Assembly (NCBI GenBank): GCA_938003925.1
Contig: CALKWQ010000023.1
Coordinates: 243,799-307,798, forward strand
DNA from: an uncultured bacterium
Lineage (GTDB): Bacteria; Patescibacteriota; Patescibacteriia; Patescibacteriales; UBA12465
DNA length: 64,000 bases
Reading direction: 5' to 3'
The notes under the pieces were generated by a model, which made no database searches, was not told the origin of the DNA, and saw only the letters and a program-made list of their open reading frames with translations. Of the stretch, positions 63,601 through 64,000 are shown piece by piece. The position numbers were made by a program, and so were the translations under genes. Numbering within the stretch: the first letter of the stretch is position 1; the number at the start of each line of letters is the position of its first letter.

Positions 63601-64000
63601 ACGGCGTCAGTACCCATGGTTATGGCGGCCAGTTTGATAGTGGCTTAGGTTTGTATAATGTAGTTAATGGCCCATCAGCTTCAGCGATTTATAATTTTAC
63701 TGCCCTACAGAGAACTGGGCAGCGTTTCTTAGATTATACCTATAACTTGGGTTATACCGGTGATATTTTTAATATTAACTCCGGATCTAATGTTTATACC
63801 GTTCACTATCTTTACTATAACGGTTCTGCTTTCACTGACTATACCAACGCTGCTCGTAATTTCGGCGGCTCTGCCTATCCATTATTAGCCGATAGCGATG
63901 ATTATTTTTACTTTGGTCGTACTTCCGCTACCACAGCTTATCGTAATCTCTTCTTTGATATTTCCAATACACCCAATCTCTCGGGTGTTACTTGGGAATA
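60657..64000 (+). CDS. second giant fibre/adhesin-like protein, N-terminal 1114 aa (open to the window end); absent from the ORF track
   Basis: ATG 60657 gives MLKSSLKLTAKTLVLLLIPAAFLFIETHSTEA (signal). I translated several stretches in this frame (60657-61400, 63000-63400, 63960-64000) and found no stop. It has the same GNVGIGTTNP modules, carries cassette copy D, and has a segment (62175-62425) about 80 percent identical to 49861-50105. All listed small ORFs in this region are in other frames. Confidence 0.8.
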   Translation, partial: MLKSSLKLTAKTLVLLLIPAAFLFIETHSTEAAVGLSVGNTGLNLLQAENLFYGNVGSTSHASSSFLLFQNNSVDRLRIDILGNLTTSGTITAGAFSGPITGGSISAANVSAGNFGSNVGNGNFSFPGNVGVGTTNPLGLLHIYSTASSSQALFIANNGYVGIGRNNPGFRLDVQGDTYIQGSLYNWGNASIQTLALGYGAAYPAILTTQTANEDLTIDPAGVGNIIMQGNVGIGTTNPLATLDILHPNSAAGGIRLQSSLDDLTLKRGRIKTGHYNNSEEPVTLLITSNSSGENLIALGGSSTVENSANTISFYTGETAATLNGTERMRINSAGNVGIGTTNPTAKLYVNGTSIFNDIATFTQPVVVSAPILGPHAATKSYVDSTIASATSSIATLWGGTIGGNVWNLNSGNVGIGNNNPLAKLQINNQGAFNAVIPGPSAYYGLHFNGQTTADYATGITWNGGTTGTQAGLYVQGSGAYGTKMYFATTQSYATGAQTRMMIDHSGNVGIGTTTPGTRLTVIGSGNYSIDAGNYRIGNIAAPVSANDAVNLSYLQSAVGTAQNAYWNLSGSTLSASSTTWNVRVGTTTAGTDKIGVAGGRISTLDTSDIYAGGQVNSAGTGANAFAGRLAVGQIAVATPKFFVNGGAAIGTNYSTANIATGTMALETNLGIGLTNPTARLHVFDPTTTTGYNTYLYNNGITSGTMLGLVQASSTFNGIGLYMNFQSGTGTSTANFADFRINNSQRFAVNYRGGITSTYANDADNVNLNSFTLTSGNASAASYNALAVSSPSRLIVSQTSATEDELFDNNYEGFKFNSGTYNNMGGFYVRMRRGTTTPVNAGGAYFRAHIYTDNGGQPGTNVTNSPSIYVARLGTTYADYYFPLSVALTANTNYWILLYKVGGFNAADQVYFYTHPTSGSAEWAYGNGTSWSVDPTRRGYFRVYSRSANGITATSDVNYGVYGSSTFGTGVRGASNAGIGVYGVSTHGYGGQFDSGLGLYNVVNGPSASAIYNFTALQRTGQRFLDYTYNLGYTGDIFNINSGSNVYTVHYLYYNGSAFTDYTNAARNFGGSAYPLLADSDDYFYFGRTSATTAYRNLFFDISNTPNLSGVTWE
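61659..61907 (+). repeat. cassette copy D, in giant gene 2
   Basis: Same module, with mostly synonymous substitutions in the 5' half. The 3' half shares the copy C variants. Confidence 0.8.

Noticed and set aside
60812-63648. Five listed short ORFs (60812-61057 minus; 60937, 61957, 62224 and 63358 plus)
   Set aside because: All are out of frame with, or antisense to, the long open frame starting at ATG 60657. That frame encodes clear GNVGIGTT modules. They are shadow ORFs.
1-64000. rRNA genes, CRISPR arrays, transposases/IS elements, RNase P, tmRNA and SRP RNA
   Set aside because: I looked for their hallmark strings: 16S/23S conserved blocks, regularly spaced direct repeats, terminal inverted repeats around DDE ORFs, GAGGAAAGUCC, and the GGGGCUGAUU tmRNA start. 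None was found.

Overview
This is a 64-kb chromosomal window, moderately AT-rich and densely coding. Its gene content reads like a small-genome, monoderm, CPR/Patescibacteria-type bacterium. That lineage call is inference from content only; no searches were run. Everything below was read by eye from the sequence and the ORF track.

Gene order:
- 1-7027: a PrgI-like/VirB4-like type IV secretion-type module with several unknown proteins.
- 7031-11350: radA, recG and tRNA-Arg.
- 11979-14590: tRNA-Ser followed by two AT-rich islets. Each is bounded by a degenerate copy of the tRNA 3' end. One carries an Rx4H HEPN-like protein, the other a DinJ/YafQ toxin-antitoxin pair.
- 14599-22103: an AroE-like fusion protein, two type IV pilin genes, a large polytopic membrane protein and a LamG-repeat surface protein.
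- 22127-24111: a HiPIP-like mini-ORF, a flavodoxin and a class II photolyase.
- 24319-35628: housekeeping and envelope genes, namely a MATE transporter, malic enzyme, a C39-like peptidase, a thioredoxin-fold trio, thrS with a T-box-like leader, comF and a PD40 propeller protein.
- 35801-47617: a secretin-less type IV pilus locus. It has pilM, pilN, pilO, pilB, pilC, two tandemly duplicated major pilin genes, FemAB-like, ybeY, a Cys-rich secreted protein, three minor pilins and a PilX-like protein.
- 47781-54005 and 60657 to the window end: two paralogous giant fibre proteins built from GNVGIGTTxP modules. They share near-identical 250-bp cassettes.

The most unusual locus lies between the two giant genes. 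A roughly 246-nt structured non-coding element, closed by a long inverted repeat, is followed by an unclassified reverse transcriptase. The RT overlaps a degenerate ABC-exporter-like protein, which overlaps a membrane-anchored HKD/PLD protein. This is a retron- or DRT-like architecture with an effector pair I do not recognise.
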